A DNA stretch of 31,357 nucleotides, taken from the NCBI GenBank assembly GCA_002010065.2, contig MTMD02000013.1, positions 1 through 31,357 of the forward strand, written 5' to 3'. A program made the translations under genes and the position numbers. The notes below the pieces were generated by a model. The model searched no databases and was not told where the DNA came from. It saw only the letters and a program-made list of their open reading frames with translations. This DNA is from Candidatus Pyrohabitans jungbluthii. GTDB taxonomy: Archaea > Hydrothermarchaeota > Hydrothermarchaeia > Hydrothermarchaeales > BMS3B. This document shows positions 1-8,236 of the stretch, piece after piece (position 1 is the first letter of the stretch; each line of letters starts with the position of its first letter).

Positions 1-75
1 TGCTCCGGTCGGGATTCGAACCCGAGTCGCCGGCTCGAAAGGCCGGCATGATTGGCCGGGCTACACTACCGGAGC
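1..75 (-). tRNA. tRNA-Glu (anticodon TTC)
   Basis: Reverse complement folds as a cloverleaf: GCTCCGG acceptor, GCCGGC-CT-TTC-GA-GCCGGC anticodon arm, GGTTCGAATCC T-arm; no intron. Confidence 0.96.
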
Positions 76-248
76 ATTAAAACAAGCTACCATAAAGGCA
101 AGATTTACAATGGAAAAAGTTGCTGTAAATAGGAGCATCAAAGTGCGGCGCCCTAATATTGGCACGGAAGGGGTAATAGGGGCGGGGAAGGTGCCCCTAT
201 TATGAGGGAAAATTTTTCACACGTTGGGAAAGTGGTTTTTTGTGAGCC

Positions 249-321
249 AGCCCCGTGGTGTAGTGGTCAATCATGCTGGCCTTTGGAGCCAGCGACGGCG
301 GTTCGAATCCGCCCGGGGCTA
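249..321 (+). tRNA. tRNA-Gln (anticodon TTG)
   Basis: AGCCCCG...CGGGGCT-A acceptor with the archaeal A1:U72 pair, GCTGGC-CT-TTG-GA-GCCAGC arm, GGTTCGAATCC; CCA not encoded. Confidence 0.96.
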
Positions 322-369
322 TCACTATAACAGGGTGGGAAGGTACGGGAGAAGCCACCTATCCACGTT

Positions 370-1080
370 TCAGGAGAGTAGCCTCTGGATTATTACATCC
401 AGGTTCTGGGCCATGGCTACGACATCGTCGCCCGTGGGATGCGGGTTTACCATTATATTCCCGTTTATAATCAGCGTGGGTGTCTCCTCCACCCCGTATT
501 CCTGGGCAAGCCTTATGTTATTCAGCGCTTCCCGATTTGCTGCCCCAGATTTGAGCTTCTTCTCAAAATCTTCTCCCAAGCCAATCTGCCTGCCGAGAGC
601 TACAAGCACATTCACATCGCCTATATCCAGGCCCTTCTCAAATCTCGCTTTAAACATTGCATCTGCCATCTCCCTGCCCTTGCCGTAGCGCTCAGCCAGA
701 ATATAAGCCTCCACCGTCTTAATGGACTGCTTTCCCCACACTATAGGCACCAGTTTGAATTCAAGGGCGTCGCCGTACTTGTTTTCAAGCTGATGCTTTA
801 TGGCATTAAAGCGGTAGCAGTGATCGCAATAGAAGCTGAAGAATTCCACAATTTTAACCTTACCTGGCTCCTGCGTGCTTGGCTTATCCAACACTGGATA
901 AAGACCTAGAACTAACTGCTTACCAGCGCCCTGAGGGGAGGCCACCTCTGCCTGAGGCTTTTCCTTCCCGCCTGTCAATAGCAAAAATCCGATTAAAATC
1001 ACACCAATAACTACAGCCGCCTTCATACTGAAGGAACTTTTGCTCGCCGCCTTTGCCTTTTTCTGTCTCTTCTTCACCAT
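370..1080 (-). CDS. Membrane-anchored DsbA-family thiol:disulfide oxidoreductase
   Basis: N-terminal TM helix, VEFFSFYCDHCY active site, cis-Pro motif GVEETPTLIING; start moved to ATG 1080, which has GAGGT upstream and avoids overlap. Confidence 0.85.
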   Translation of the reverse strand: MVKKRQKKAKAASKSSFSMKAAVVIGVILIGFLLLTGGKEKPQAEVASPQGAGKQLVLGLYPVLDKPSTQEPGKVKIVEFFSFYCDHCYRFNAIKHQLENKYGDALEFKLVPIVWGKQSIKTVEAYILAERYGKGREMADAMFKARFEKGLDIGDVNVLVALGRQIGLGEDFEKKLKSGAANREALNNIRLAQEYGVEETPTLIINGNIMVNPHPTGDDVVAMAQNLDVIIQRLLS

Positions 1081-1084
1081 ACCT

Positions 1085-1546
1085 CTACCTCTCCTCAATC
1101 GTGAATGTTGGTTTTATCTCATCCTCGGAGTGGCACCCTTCCATGCACCTCTCCCGCGCTATCTCCTCTTCCTTCACTCCGATCTGCGTCTCCAGTTTCA
1201 GAATTTCCCCCGTGATGGGGTCCACCTCAGTCCTGAGAATATTTAAGCCCTCCTCGCTTCCAAACTTACAGCCACACTCCTTCTCCACAATCTCTATCTT
1301 CCAGGTGTAGTTCTTCGAAGCTACGTCGTAGTTCAGGTTAATGCGGGTAATCCTGTTGCTCTCATTTCTCAGGTACTCATCTATAAACGCCTTTGCCTCA
1401 TCGTTGCTTTCCACAATCTCCAGCGCTTTTTCAGCGGTTATTGGAAACTCCAGACGCTCGCCAGAAGGAGCCTGGGCTGGTTTGATAGCCATGATAGCTG
1501 CGGCGATAATTATAAGCACGGTAGCGGCGTAGACCTTTAATTCCAT
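1085..1546 (-). CDS. Secreted/anchored PepSY-like protein with Cys motifs (ECGC, CMEGCH)
   Basis: Signal/TM segment; ITAEKALEIV...WKIEI...EVDPITGEIL pattern resembles PepSY; GGTGGTGA RBS; co-oriented with the DsbA gene. Confidence 0.6.
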   Translation of the reverse strand: MELKVYAATVLIIIAAAIMAIKPAQAPSGERLEFPITAEKALEIVESNDEAKAFIDEYLRNESNRITRINLNYDVASKNYTWKIEIVEKECGCKFGSEEGLNILRTEVDPITGEILKLETQIGVKEEEIARERCMEGCHSEDEIKPTFTIEER

Positions 1547-1723
1547 GTCACCACCATTAATCCATTCAAATTTTTTCGAATTCCTTTTTTATCTTTTCCC
1601 AAATTATACCCAAATTGGGGGCATGTATATTATTATAGATAGCCTTTAATACTATCACCTATAGACATTGTAACGGAAGAATTTTTCAGTAAAAAATATT
1701 ATGGCTAATATATATTAGCTCTT

Positions 1724-2263
1724 TCAACGCTGTTTGGATTTTCCCTCCTCACGAGCAGCGAAGTAGCAGGGTAGGCAGAGCTTCTTTCCATTAATCTCCT
1801 TAACCTTTGTGTCCATTGCATATTCTCCGCACGCTGAGCAGCGCACAGAACTTCTTATCTCCGCCTCCTCAGGAAACTCGATGTCCACAAACTCTGCTAC
1901 AAACGCTTCCTCAGGCGAAAGCGAAAGCGCAAGTTCAACCTTCTCCTCCAAGCTCTTGCCTTTAAAAACCTCCGGATTGAAGTACAGGCGCAGCGCTTTG
2001 CCGCTCTTCCTTGAGCCAAAGATGAAGACATTCTTCCCGTAGTCGCGGATGTATAGGTTGCCCTTGCCCACAGTGCAGCCTGCTATAGCTTGAATCGCGT
2101 CAACGGCGCAGTTTGCAGTCTCGGCGATGCAGAACAGCTCTTCATCACCTGCACGAGAAACGCCCAGTTTCTCCATGGCATAGCTCGCCGCCTTTGCCCC
2201 CACCACAACGAAGGGGCAAAGGTGACCGTGGAACTCCACCGCCTTTCTCACTGTTTCGTCCAT
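1724..2263 (-). CDS. FmdE-family protein with C-terminal zinc finger
   Basis: FHGHLCP, CAVDAIQ, GCTVGKGNL and CSACGE...CLPC motifs; real start is MDETVRK at 2263 (the 306-aa ORF extension overlaps moeA). Confidence 0.9.
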   Translation of the reverse strand: MDETVRKAVEFHGHLCPFVVVGAKAASYAMEKLGVSRAGDEELFCIAETANCAVDAIQAIAGCTVGKGNLYIRDYGKNVFIFGSRKSGKALRLYFNPEVFKGKSLEEKVELALSLSPEEAFVAEFVDIEFPEEAEIRSSVRCSACGEYAMDTKVKEINGKKLCLPCYFAAREEGKSKQR

Positions 2264-2298
2264 ACGTAGCGTTCTCCGTCTGGGGTTAAAACCTTTTG

Positions 2299-2318
2299 GG
2301 TAAGCACAGATGCTTACC
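2299..2318. promoter_or_regulatory. Palindrome GGTAAGCA-caga-TGCTTACC, candidate operator between divergent genes
   Basis: Perfect 8-bp inverted repeat in the 81-nt fmdE/moeA divergent gap. Confidence 0.45.
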
Positions 2319-2344
2319 ATGAACCTAAGATTTTTATTCTTGGT

Positions 2345-4357
2345 ATGGGATTTATCCCCATGGAGCTGAAGGAATTTCATGATATTGTAACCATCGCCGA
2401 AGCGAGGCGACGCTTGGAAGAGCACTTTCCAGCTAAGCAAGAGGTGGAGGAGGTCCCCCTTGAGCATGCCCTTGGCAGGGTGGTTGCACGGGATGTCGTA
2501 GCGGGCATAGACGTTCCACCCTTTGACAGGGCGAGCATGGACGGGTATGCGGTTATTGCAAAAGATACATTCTACGCTGACGAGGAATCGCCGGTGGAGC
2601 TGGAGCTTCGGGGCTATATTCGCGCAGGCGATAGCTCCCTCCATGAAATTATCCCTGGTACGTGCATAGGCATAGCCACAGGTGCAGCGATGCCCAAAGG
2701 CGCGAATGCCGTGGTGATGGTGGAGTACACAGAGCAGGTGGAAAAGGCGGGGAAAAAATTTGTGAGAATATACAAGCCCGTGGCGCCTGGGGAGAACGTA
2801 ATGGCAGCCGGCACAGACATTATGCGTGGCGAAGTGGTGCTCAGGCAGGGCACGAGGCTAACTCCTCGCGAAATTGGTGTGCTCGCGGCGCTGGGCATGC
2901 ATAAGGTTGAGGTTTACCGTTCGCCCAGGGTGGCGATAATTTCAACGGGCGATGAAATCGTAGCTCCCGGCGAGGAGCTCAGCTTCGGCAAGATATACGA
3001 CGTCAACGCTTATGCGATAGCCCAGGCGGTGCGCGAATGTGGAGGCGAGCCCAGCTTTCTCGGCATAGTCAGGGATGAGCCCACTGAGCTTAAAGAGAAG
3101 CTGGAAGAGGCGCTTGCCCAAGACTACGACATAGTAATAACCTCAGGTGGCACAAGCGCTGGTATGGGTGACTTAAGCTACCGCGTAATAGACGAATTGG
3201 GTGAGCCTGGCATACTTGTGCACGGTGTGGCAATAAAGCCTGGGAAACCCACTATAATAGGCGTCGCTAAGGGGAAGCCCATCTTTGGGTTACCGGGCTA
3301 CCCCACGTCGGCGATGATAACCTTCGACGTGTTCGTGGCTCCGGTTATAAGGAAATTAGCCGGCTTCGAAGCACCGGAGCGTAAGCGGGTGAAAGCAAAG
3401 ACGGCGATGAAGTTCTACTCAGCCAGTGGACGCTACGAGTACAAGCTTGTAAATCTCGTCAGAGGGAGTGACGGGAGCTACAGCGCATACCCTGTGCTCA
3501 CGGGCTCTGGGGCGATAACCACTCTTGCTGAGGCGGACGGCTACATAGAGATACCCGAGAATGTGGAGATGCTGGGCGAGGGTGAGGAGCATGAGGTAAT
3601 TCTGCTGAGCGAGAGCATAAAGCTGGCGGACCTCACAATTATAGGGAGCCACTGCATAGGCGTCGACCTCTTGGTAAGCCTTATGAGCAAAGAAAAGCCG
3701 CTGAAGGCGAAGATTATAAACGTCGGTTCTTCCGGTGGCTTGGCGGCGGTGCGAAAAGGAGAGAGCGACATCTCGGGCACGCATCTCATAGATGAGGCAA
3801 CAGGCGAGTACAACATACCCTTCATCCACCGCCTTGGCTTGGCGGATAAGGCTTACCTGGTGCGGGGCTACGACCGGGAGCAGGGCTTGGTGGTAGCCAA
3901 GGGCAACCCCAAGGGCATAGCAAGCATAGCCGACCTCCTGCGCGAGGATGTGAGATTTATAAACCGCAATCCCGGCTCTGGCACGCGCGTGCTATTCGAC
4001 CTGGAGCTGAAGAAGCTCGCTGAAGAGCGGGGAGTTAGCATTAGCGAGCTTGCCAGGGAGATCAAGGGCTATGAGATTGAGGCGAAGTCGCACTCTGCTA
4101 TCGCTGCTGCCGTCGCCTACGGTAGAGCCGACGCCGGCTTGGCGATTCGCACGGTGGCGGAGCAGTACGACCTGGACTTCATACCCCTGCGGGAGGAGAA
4201 GTACGACTTCGCCATACCCAGGGAGAAGATGGCAAAACCAGAGGTTAAGAGGTTTATAGCCACGCTCGCCTCTGAGGAATTCAGAAAGCTCCTCGAGGCA
4301 ACACCCGGGCTGAACGCAAATGAGGAGACGGGTAAGGTTATATACGAGCCAGAGTAA
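2345..4357 (+). CDS. moeA: Molybdopterin molybdenumtransferase MoeA fused to a PBP (LysR-substrate-like) molybdate/tungstate-binding domain
   Basis: PPFDRASMDGYAV, STGDEI, SGGTSAG, IKPGKP, GLPGYP motifs; C-terminal GSHC...INRNPGSGTR...EKYDF domain; start may be 2360. Confidence 0.93.
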   Translation: MGFIPMELKEFHDIVTIAEARRRLEEHFPAKQEVEEVPLEHALGRVVARDVVAGIDVPPFDRASMDGYAVIAKDTFYADEESPVELELRGYIRAGDSSLHEIIPGTCIGIATGAAMPKGANAVVMVEYTEQVEKAGKKFVRIYKPVAPGENVMAAGTDIMRGEVVLRQGTRLTPREIGVLAALGMHKVEVYRSPRVAIISTGDEIVAPGEELSFGKIYDVNAYAIAQAVRECGGEPSFLGIVRDEPTELKEKLEEALAQDYDIVITSGGTSAGMGDLSYRVIDELGEPGILVHGVAIKPGKPTIIGVAKGKPIFGLPGYPTSAMITFDVFVAPVIRKLAGFEAPERKRVKAKTAMKFYSASGRYEYKLVNLVRGSDGSYSAYPVLTGSGAITTLAEADGYIEIPENVEMLGEGEEHEVILLSESIKLADLTIIGSHCIGVDLLVSLMSKEKPLKAKIINVGSSGGLAAVRKGESDISGTHLIDEATGEYNIPFIHRLGLADKAYLVRGYDREQGLVVAKGNPKGIASIADLLREDVRFINRNPGSGTRVLFDLELKKLAEERGVSISELAREIKGYEIEAKSHSAIAAAVAYGRADAGLAIRTVAEQYDLDFIPLREEKYDFAIPREKMAKPEVKRFIATLASEEFRKLLEATPGLNANEETGKVIYEPE

Positions 4358-4366
4358 AATTTACTT

Positions 4367-4789
4367 ATGTACCGCAAGCTCCTAGTGGCGACAGATGGCT
4401 CGTTCTATGCAAAGCAGGCGGAGGAGAAGGCGCTGGCTCTTGCCAGGAGCTTCGGCTCCAGCATTGCTGCGATTTACGTCATAGATAAGGCGCGCTACCA
4501 GTGGGCAGAGGAGCTTATGCAGGAGATATACGAGAAGACAAAGAAGGAGGGGGAGGCTGTGCTGAGAGCATTTAAGGAGAAGGCGGCGCAGCATGGAATA
4601 GAGGCTGAGACAAAGTTCCGCGAAGGCATGCCCAGCGAGGAGATAGTTAAAGAAGCTGAAGCTGGAAGCTACGACCTCATAATCCTCGGCTCTCGTGGCA
4701 TGAGCGCAGCAGAGGAGGTTGCACTTGGAAGCGTGGTACAGCGCGTTGTGAGGCGCGCACCTTGCGATGTGCTTGTGGTGAAGCAGTAG
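4367..4789 (+). CDS. Universal stress protein (UspA family)
   Basis: YRKLLVATDGS; DLIILGSRG...LGSVVQRVVRRAPCDVLVVK. Confidence 0.93.
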   Translation: MYRKLLVATDGSFYAKQAEEKALALARSFGSSIAAIYVIDKARYQWAEELMQEIYEKTKKEGEAVLRAFKEKAAQHGIEAETKFREGMPSEEIVKEAEAGSYDLIILGSRGMSAAEEVALGSVVQRVVRRAPCDVLVVKQ

Positions 4790-4956
4790 GCTGCCAGTTT
4801 GCCAATCAATTGACACCTGTGTTTGTCCAATAGCGCCGTAAATTAATCCGATAGTTTAGATTTTAAAATTAAAAAAGATAGGTAATACGGTATCGAAGAC
4901 CGTTATGTTTCCATCTCATTTACCCACATATCCCAGTCGGGGGAGAGGTATACCAA

Positions 4957-4982
4957 AGGAGAGGGGGTATTCCCCCTCTCCT
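4957..4982 (-). terminator. 11-bp GC-rich hairpin directly downstream of tRNA-Arg
   Basis: AGGAGAGGGGG-tatt-CCCCCTCTCCT perfect inverted repeat 5 nt from the tRNA 3' end. Confidence 0.45.
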
Positions 4983-4987
4983 GGCTA

Positions 4988-5062
4988 CGGACTCGGCGGG
5001 ATTCGAACCCGCGATCTTCGGCTTAGAAGGCCGACGCCCTATCCAGGCTAGGCTACGAGTCC
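4988..5062 (-). tRNA. tRNA-Arg (anticodon TCT)
   Basis: Reverse complement: GGACTCG acceptor, TCGGC-CT-TCT-AA-GCCGA arm, GGTTCGAATCC; no intron. Confidence 0.96.
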
Positions 5063-5112
5063 TCGCTAAAATTATTATAGAGAGGGATTAGAGTGCTGTT
5101 GAAAAGAATTAT

Positions 5113-5240
5113 TAAACTCCGTCACGCCGCAACTTCGTTGCGGGTAACTCCGTCACCCTATCGCTCTGCAGCTTCACTGCGAGTAACCTCAGCGGTCCTT
5201 CCAGGACTGCTCCCAATTTCCCTCGTAGTTGCTCGGGAAA
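5113..5240 (-). ncRNA. GC-rich structured RNA, possibly related to the 5' part of HgcG/Pab40-type H/ACA RNAs
   Basis: Consecutive hairpins with GAA-containing loops and a repeated GTGACGGAGTT; the family resemblance is from memory and unverified. Confidence 0.45.
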
Positions 5241-5636
5241 TCACCAGCACTCAAACGTAGACGCGCTGAAATAGAATTTAACCTCCCTGAACTCGCCGCT
5301 CGCCTCGTACTTCGAAGCCCTGCAGATGTTCACCAGGCTGAGCTTAAGCCGTGCCACAAGCATCTCCCGCTCTTCAGGCTCCTCATGGGAGAACACCCCA
5401 ATGCGGCGCAGGCCGACGTTCTTCTCCATTATCCTTGCGAGAACACCCTCAGCGCCCGGCACGAGGTCTTCAAGGCTGTGTGGGGTGAGGAACACCAGGT
5501 CGCCAACTTGCGCGCGCGAGGCAGCGAGCACATTCTGAGAGCTTCTAAGTTCGACGGTTTTAATTCCATGCTCCACAAGCTCATCTATAACGCGCTTGGA
5601 AATTCCTGTCAGGCCGTAGACCTTCATCCTAACCAC
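5241..5636 (-). CDS. DUF473-family protein
   Basis: LTGIS...KTVELRSSQN...GDLVFLT...DLVPGAEGVLA pattern; abuts the PAC2 gene. Confidence 0.8.
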   Translation of the reverse strand: MVRMKVYGLTGISKRVIDELVEHGIKTVELRSSQNVLAASRAQVGDLVFLTPHSLEDLVPGAEGVLARIMEKNVGLRRIGVFSHEEPEEREMLVARLKLSLVNICRASKYEASGEFREVKFYFSASTFECW

Positions 5637-6362
5637 CTAGTAGAACATGGGTAGCTCCTTCACTTCCTGCTGCTTGAGCTTGCGCGTCTGCTTTGCAAGT
5701 TCTTCCATTTTCGCCTCTATCGCTTCCGCTTCTTGGATTAGGGGTTCTACATCTATGTCGAAGCCGTGCAGGCGATTGAGCACCTTAATCAGCTCCGCCG
5801 CACCCCTCGGGTCAGGGTTCATCCCAGGAGTTTGAGCGAGGAGGCAGAAGGCAGGTATGCTAACCTGAGCGCAGTCAAGCAAAAGCTGCCCGGGCATGCC
5901 ACTTATAACGCCTTCCTGAAGTATCTCTACATCCTGACTCCTCAGGTAGTCTATCATTTCCTTTGTTGTAGCCACCCCGTAAACAGCGGGCTCCTTAAGA
6001 GGCGAGGGGAGACCTGCAAGGGTGATTATTCGCTCCGCCTTAACCTGCGAAGCCCACTCTACAATCTTCTTGCTCAGGTCGTAAGTAAGCGCGGGAGCAA
6101 TGGGCACGTCGCTGTAGAGCACCGCCACTCTATCCTTAGCATAAATCCGGAAAGGGTGCTGGGCAACCCCCTCGCGGAGTAGCGCCACAGGCGGCAAAAA
6201 GCGCGACTCCACGAAGCCAGCGAGCTCCATCTCCAGCTTGTCTACCATGAAGCTCGCCGCTATTCCGCCGACGAGACCAACGCCGGGCAAGCCCTCGATT
6301 ATTATGGGTGATTCCTCAAGCTCTTTGATAAGGGTTATTCTCACATCTTCCACCATCTCCAT
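5637..6362 (-). CDS. PAC2-family proteasome assembly chaperone (PbaA/PbaB-like)
   Basis: IEGLPGVGLVGGIA, PFRIY, PDPRGAA, IDVEPLIQEAEAIE; C-terminus MFY. Confidence 0.9.
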   Translation of the reverse strand: MEMVEDVRITLIKELEESPIIIEGLPGVGLVGGIAASFMVDKLEMELAGFVESRFLPPVALLREGVAQHPFRIYAKDRVAVLYSDVPIAPALTYDLSKKIVEWASQVKAERIITLAGLPSPLKEPAVYGVATTKEMIDYLRSQDVEILQEGVISGMPGQLLLDCAQVSIPAFCLLAQTPGMNPDPRGAAELIKVLNRLHGFDIDVEPLIQEAEAIEAKMEELAKQTRKLKQQEVKELPMFY

Positions 6363-6373
6363 CCCTATGATAA

Positions 6374-7039
6374 TTAGAACCTGAGTTCATATAAATCTTT
6401 ACACTCCGGCAGGCGAATAAGCTGCTCAGCGGGGATAACATAACCCGCGAGGTCGAATACGCGGGAAGCGCGTGCTATTACCGCCATGTCGCTGGTGCAT
6501 ACCACGCTCGCGCCGCTGGTGAGAAGCTCCGCATCCGGTGAGCGAGAGGTTCTCGCCTCCACGCTCATGCCAAAATCTTCTGCTTTTGCATTTATGTAGG
6601 CACATAGTCTTCCGCTGAAGCTTACCATGGAATCGAAGATGAATATAACTATAACAGGAGAAAGCTCGCTTAGAGCCCTGAAGATTCTATCAATGGCGAC
6701 GTCGGTTATGCCACGAGTAAATTTATGCTTCCCGTAGACCCCGCTCACATCGCGCACAAAGCCGTCGTCGCACGCAATTACCGCTTTCCCGCGAAGCCAG
6801 CTCTCAACGGTTATAAGAACATTGTAGCCATCGATTGCCAGGCTCTGTCCGCTAATCTCCTCTGCAGTTAATAGTTTTCGTCTGTGCATCTCCGCCTCTG
6901 CACGAGGGTAAACGCAGCGCAGCAGAAGGTTGCGCTCCTCTTTGGTAAGCCTGTACCTGTCTCCCACCACCTTCACGGCGGTGCTCCGCCTGTAGCCCCG
7001 CTCAAGGAGGTAGCGCAGGTCACATATCGCGTCTTTCAC
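6374..7039 (-). CDS. DUF434-family PIN-like domain protein
   Basis: DLRYLLERGY, VGDRYRL, IDGYNVLITVE, DDGFVRD, FDSMVSFSG, TSD motifs. Confidence 0.85.
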   Translation of the reverse strand: MKDAICDLRYLLERGYRRSTAVKVVGDRYRLTKEERNLLLRCVYPRAEAEMHRRKLLTAEEISGQSLAIDGYNVLITVESWLRGKAVIACDDGFVRDVSGVYGKHKFTRGITDVAIDRIFRALSELSPVIVIFIFDSMVSFSGRLCAYINAKAEDFGMSVEARTSRSPDAELLTSGASVVCTSDMAVIARASRVFDLAGYVIPAEQLIRLPECKDLYELRF

Positions 7040-7108
7040 AGAAATTAATTAGCGGTCAGAAGAAAAGTATTTTATGGGTGCGTAATGAAAATAAACGGGG
7101 GTGGATGA

Positions 7109-7492
7109 ATGGCAACGATTATGGTTGTGGACGACGAAGAGGATATTCTATCGCTTATCCAAAAAATCCTCACCAAGGAAGGGCATACTGTGATAACCGC
7201 TAGAGATGGAAAAGAGGCGCTGGAGAAATTGAAGCATGTAAAGCCGGATTTAATCCTCCTGGACATAATGATGCCTGGTATGAGCGGATATCAGGTGTGT
7301 AAAATAATAAAGCAGAGCGACGAAACCAGCTCCATAACTGTTGCCATGCTCACAGTAAAAGCTGATGATGAGGATAAGATCCGTGCTCTTGAGGACAGCC
7401 GTGCAGACTGGTACTTCACCAAACCCATAGATACAGAAAGGTTTGCAAAAAGCGTGGAATGGCTTTTAAAAAATCCCCCCAGAAGAGGTTAG
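7109..7492 (+). CDS. Single-domain response regulator receiver (CheY-like)
   Basis: VVDDE, LLDIMMPGMSG, MLT, TKP motifs. Confidence 0.93.
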   Translation: MATIMVVDDEEDILSLIQKILTKEGHTVITARDGKEALEKLKHVKPDLILLDIMMPGMSGYQVCKIIKQSDETSSITVAMLTVKADDEDKIRALEDSRADWYFTKPIDTERFAKSVEWLLKNPPRRG

Positions 7493-7495
7493 CAC

Positions 7496-8236
7496 ATGCC
7501 GTGCATTTCAGTGGCTTCAGGAAAAGGTGGTGTGGGTAAGAGCATAATATGCGCAAATCTCGGGGTTGCGCTCTCGGAGCTTGGTTACAGCGTCGCTTTG
7601 GTTGACGCGGATATAGAGGGGGCAACCCTGGGCTTACTTCTGGGATACAACTTGGAGGATGATGCAACTCTACACGACTACCTCTCTGGAAACGCGACAG
7701 AGGAGGAGGTGTTGAAGAGTGTTAGCCCAATGCTCAATGTGGTCTTTGGAAGTGTGCAGCTCACTGCTCTCATGAAAGAGCTTAATCTTGAGCGACTGGA
7801 GAGGCTTACCTCCTGGCTCAAGGAGAGGCACGACCTCGTGCTAATAGATACACCCCCTGGTTTTGAGGAGGACACCTTTGCGGCCATAAAAGCGAGTGAT
7901 GCGGTTATCATAATACTCAACCCTGACATCCTCTCGGTTACCGGCGCCCTGAAGGTGAGGATAGTTGCAAAGAGGGAAGGTAAGCGCATTCTTGGGGTGG
8001 TGGTCAATAAGGCTGGGCATGAGTATGACATTCCCACGGAGGAATTAGAGGCATTCCTTGAGGAGGAAGTTCTGGCGGTTATTAAGGACGACCCCCTGGT
8101 TAGAAATTCGCTGCTGGAAGGGATCCCCCTGGTATCATCTTACCCAGATTCCCCCGCATCTAGGGGGATAAAAGAGCTGGCGAAGAGGGTTATGGAGAAG
8201 CTTACTCAAGATAAATCGCAGGTTTCAGGGGCATAG
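7496..8236 (+). CDS. MinD/ParA-family ATPase
   Basis: Deviant Walker A SGKGGVGKS, VDAD, LIDTPPG, GVVVNK; 3' end overlaps the leuS 3' end by 35 nt. Confidence 0.9.
   Translation: MPCISVASGKGGVGKSIICANLGVALSELGYSVALVDADIEGATLGLLLGYNLEDDATLHDYLSGNATEEEVLKSVSPMLNVVFGSVQLTALMKELNLERLERLTSWLKERHDLVLIDTPPGFEEDTFAAIKASDAVIIILNPDILSVTGALKVRIVAKREGKRILGVVVNKAGHEYDIPTEELEAFLEEEVLAVIKDDPLVRNSLLEGIPLVSSYPDSPASRGIKELAKRVMEKLTQDKSQVSGA

Noticed and set aside
224-688. 154-aa + strand ORF (and 273-470, 439-909)
   Set aside because: They overlap tRNA-Gln and/or lie antisense to the DsbA gene; no motifs
2264-2644. N-terminal extension of the FmdE ORF
   Set aside because: Antisense to the start of moeA; family homology starts at MDETVRK
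5112-5243. Selenocysteine read-through of the DUF473 TGA (frame stays open about 42 codons, hairpins follow)
   Set aside because: The DUF473 domain already looks complete, the extension is not protein-like, and no clear archaeal SECIS is recognisable
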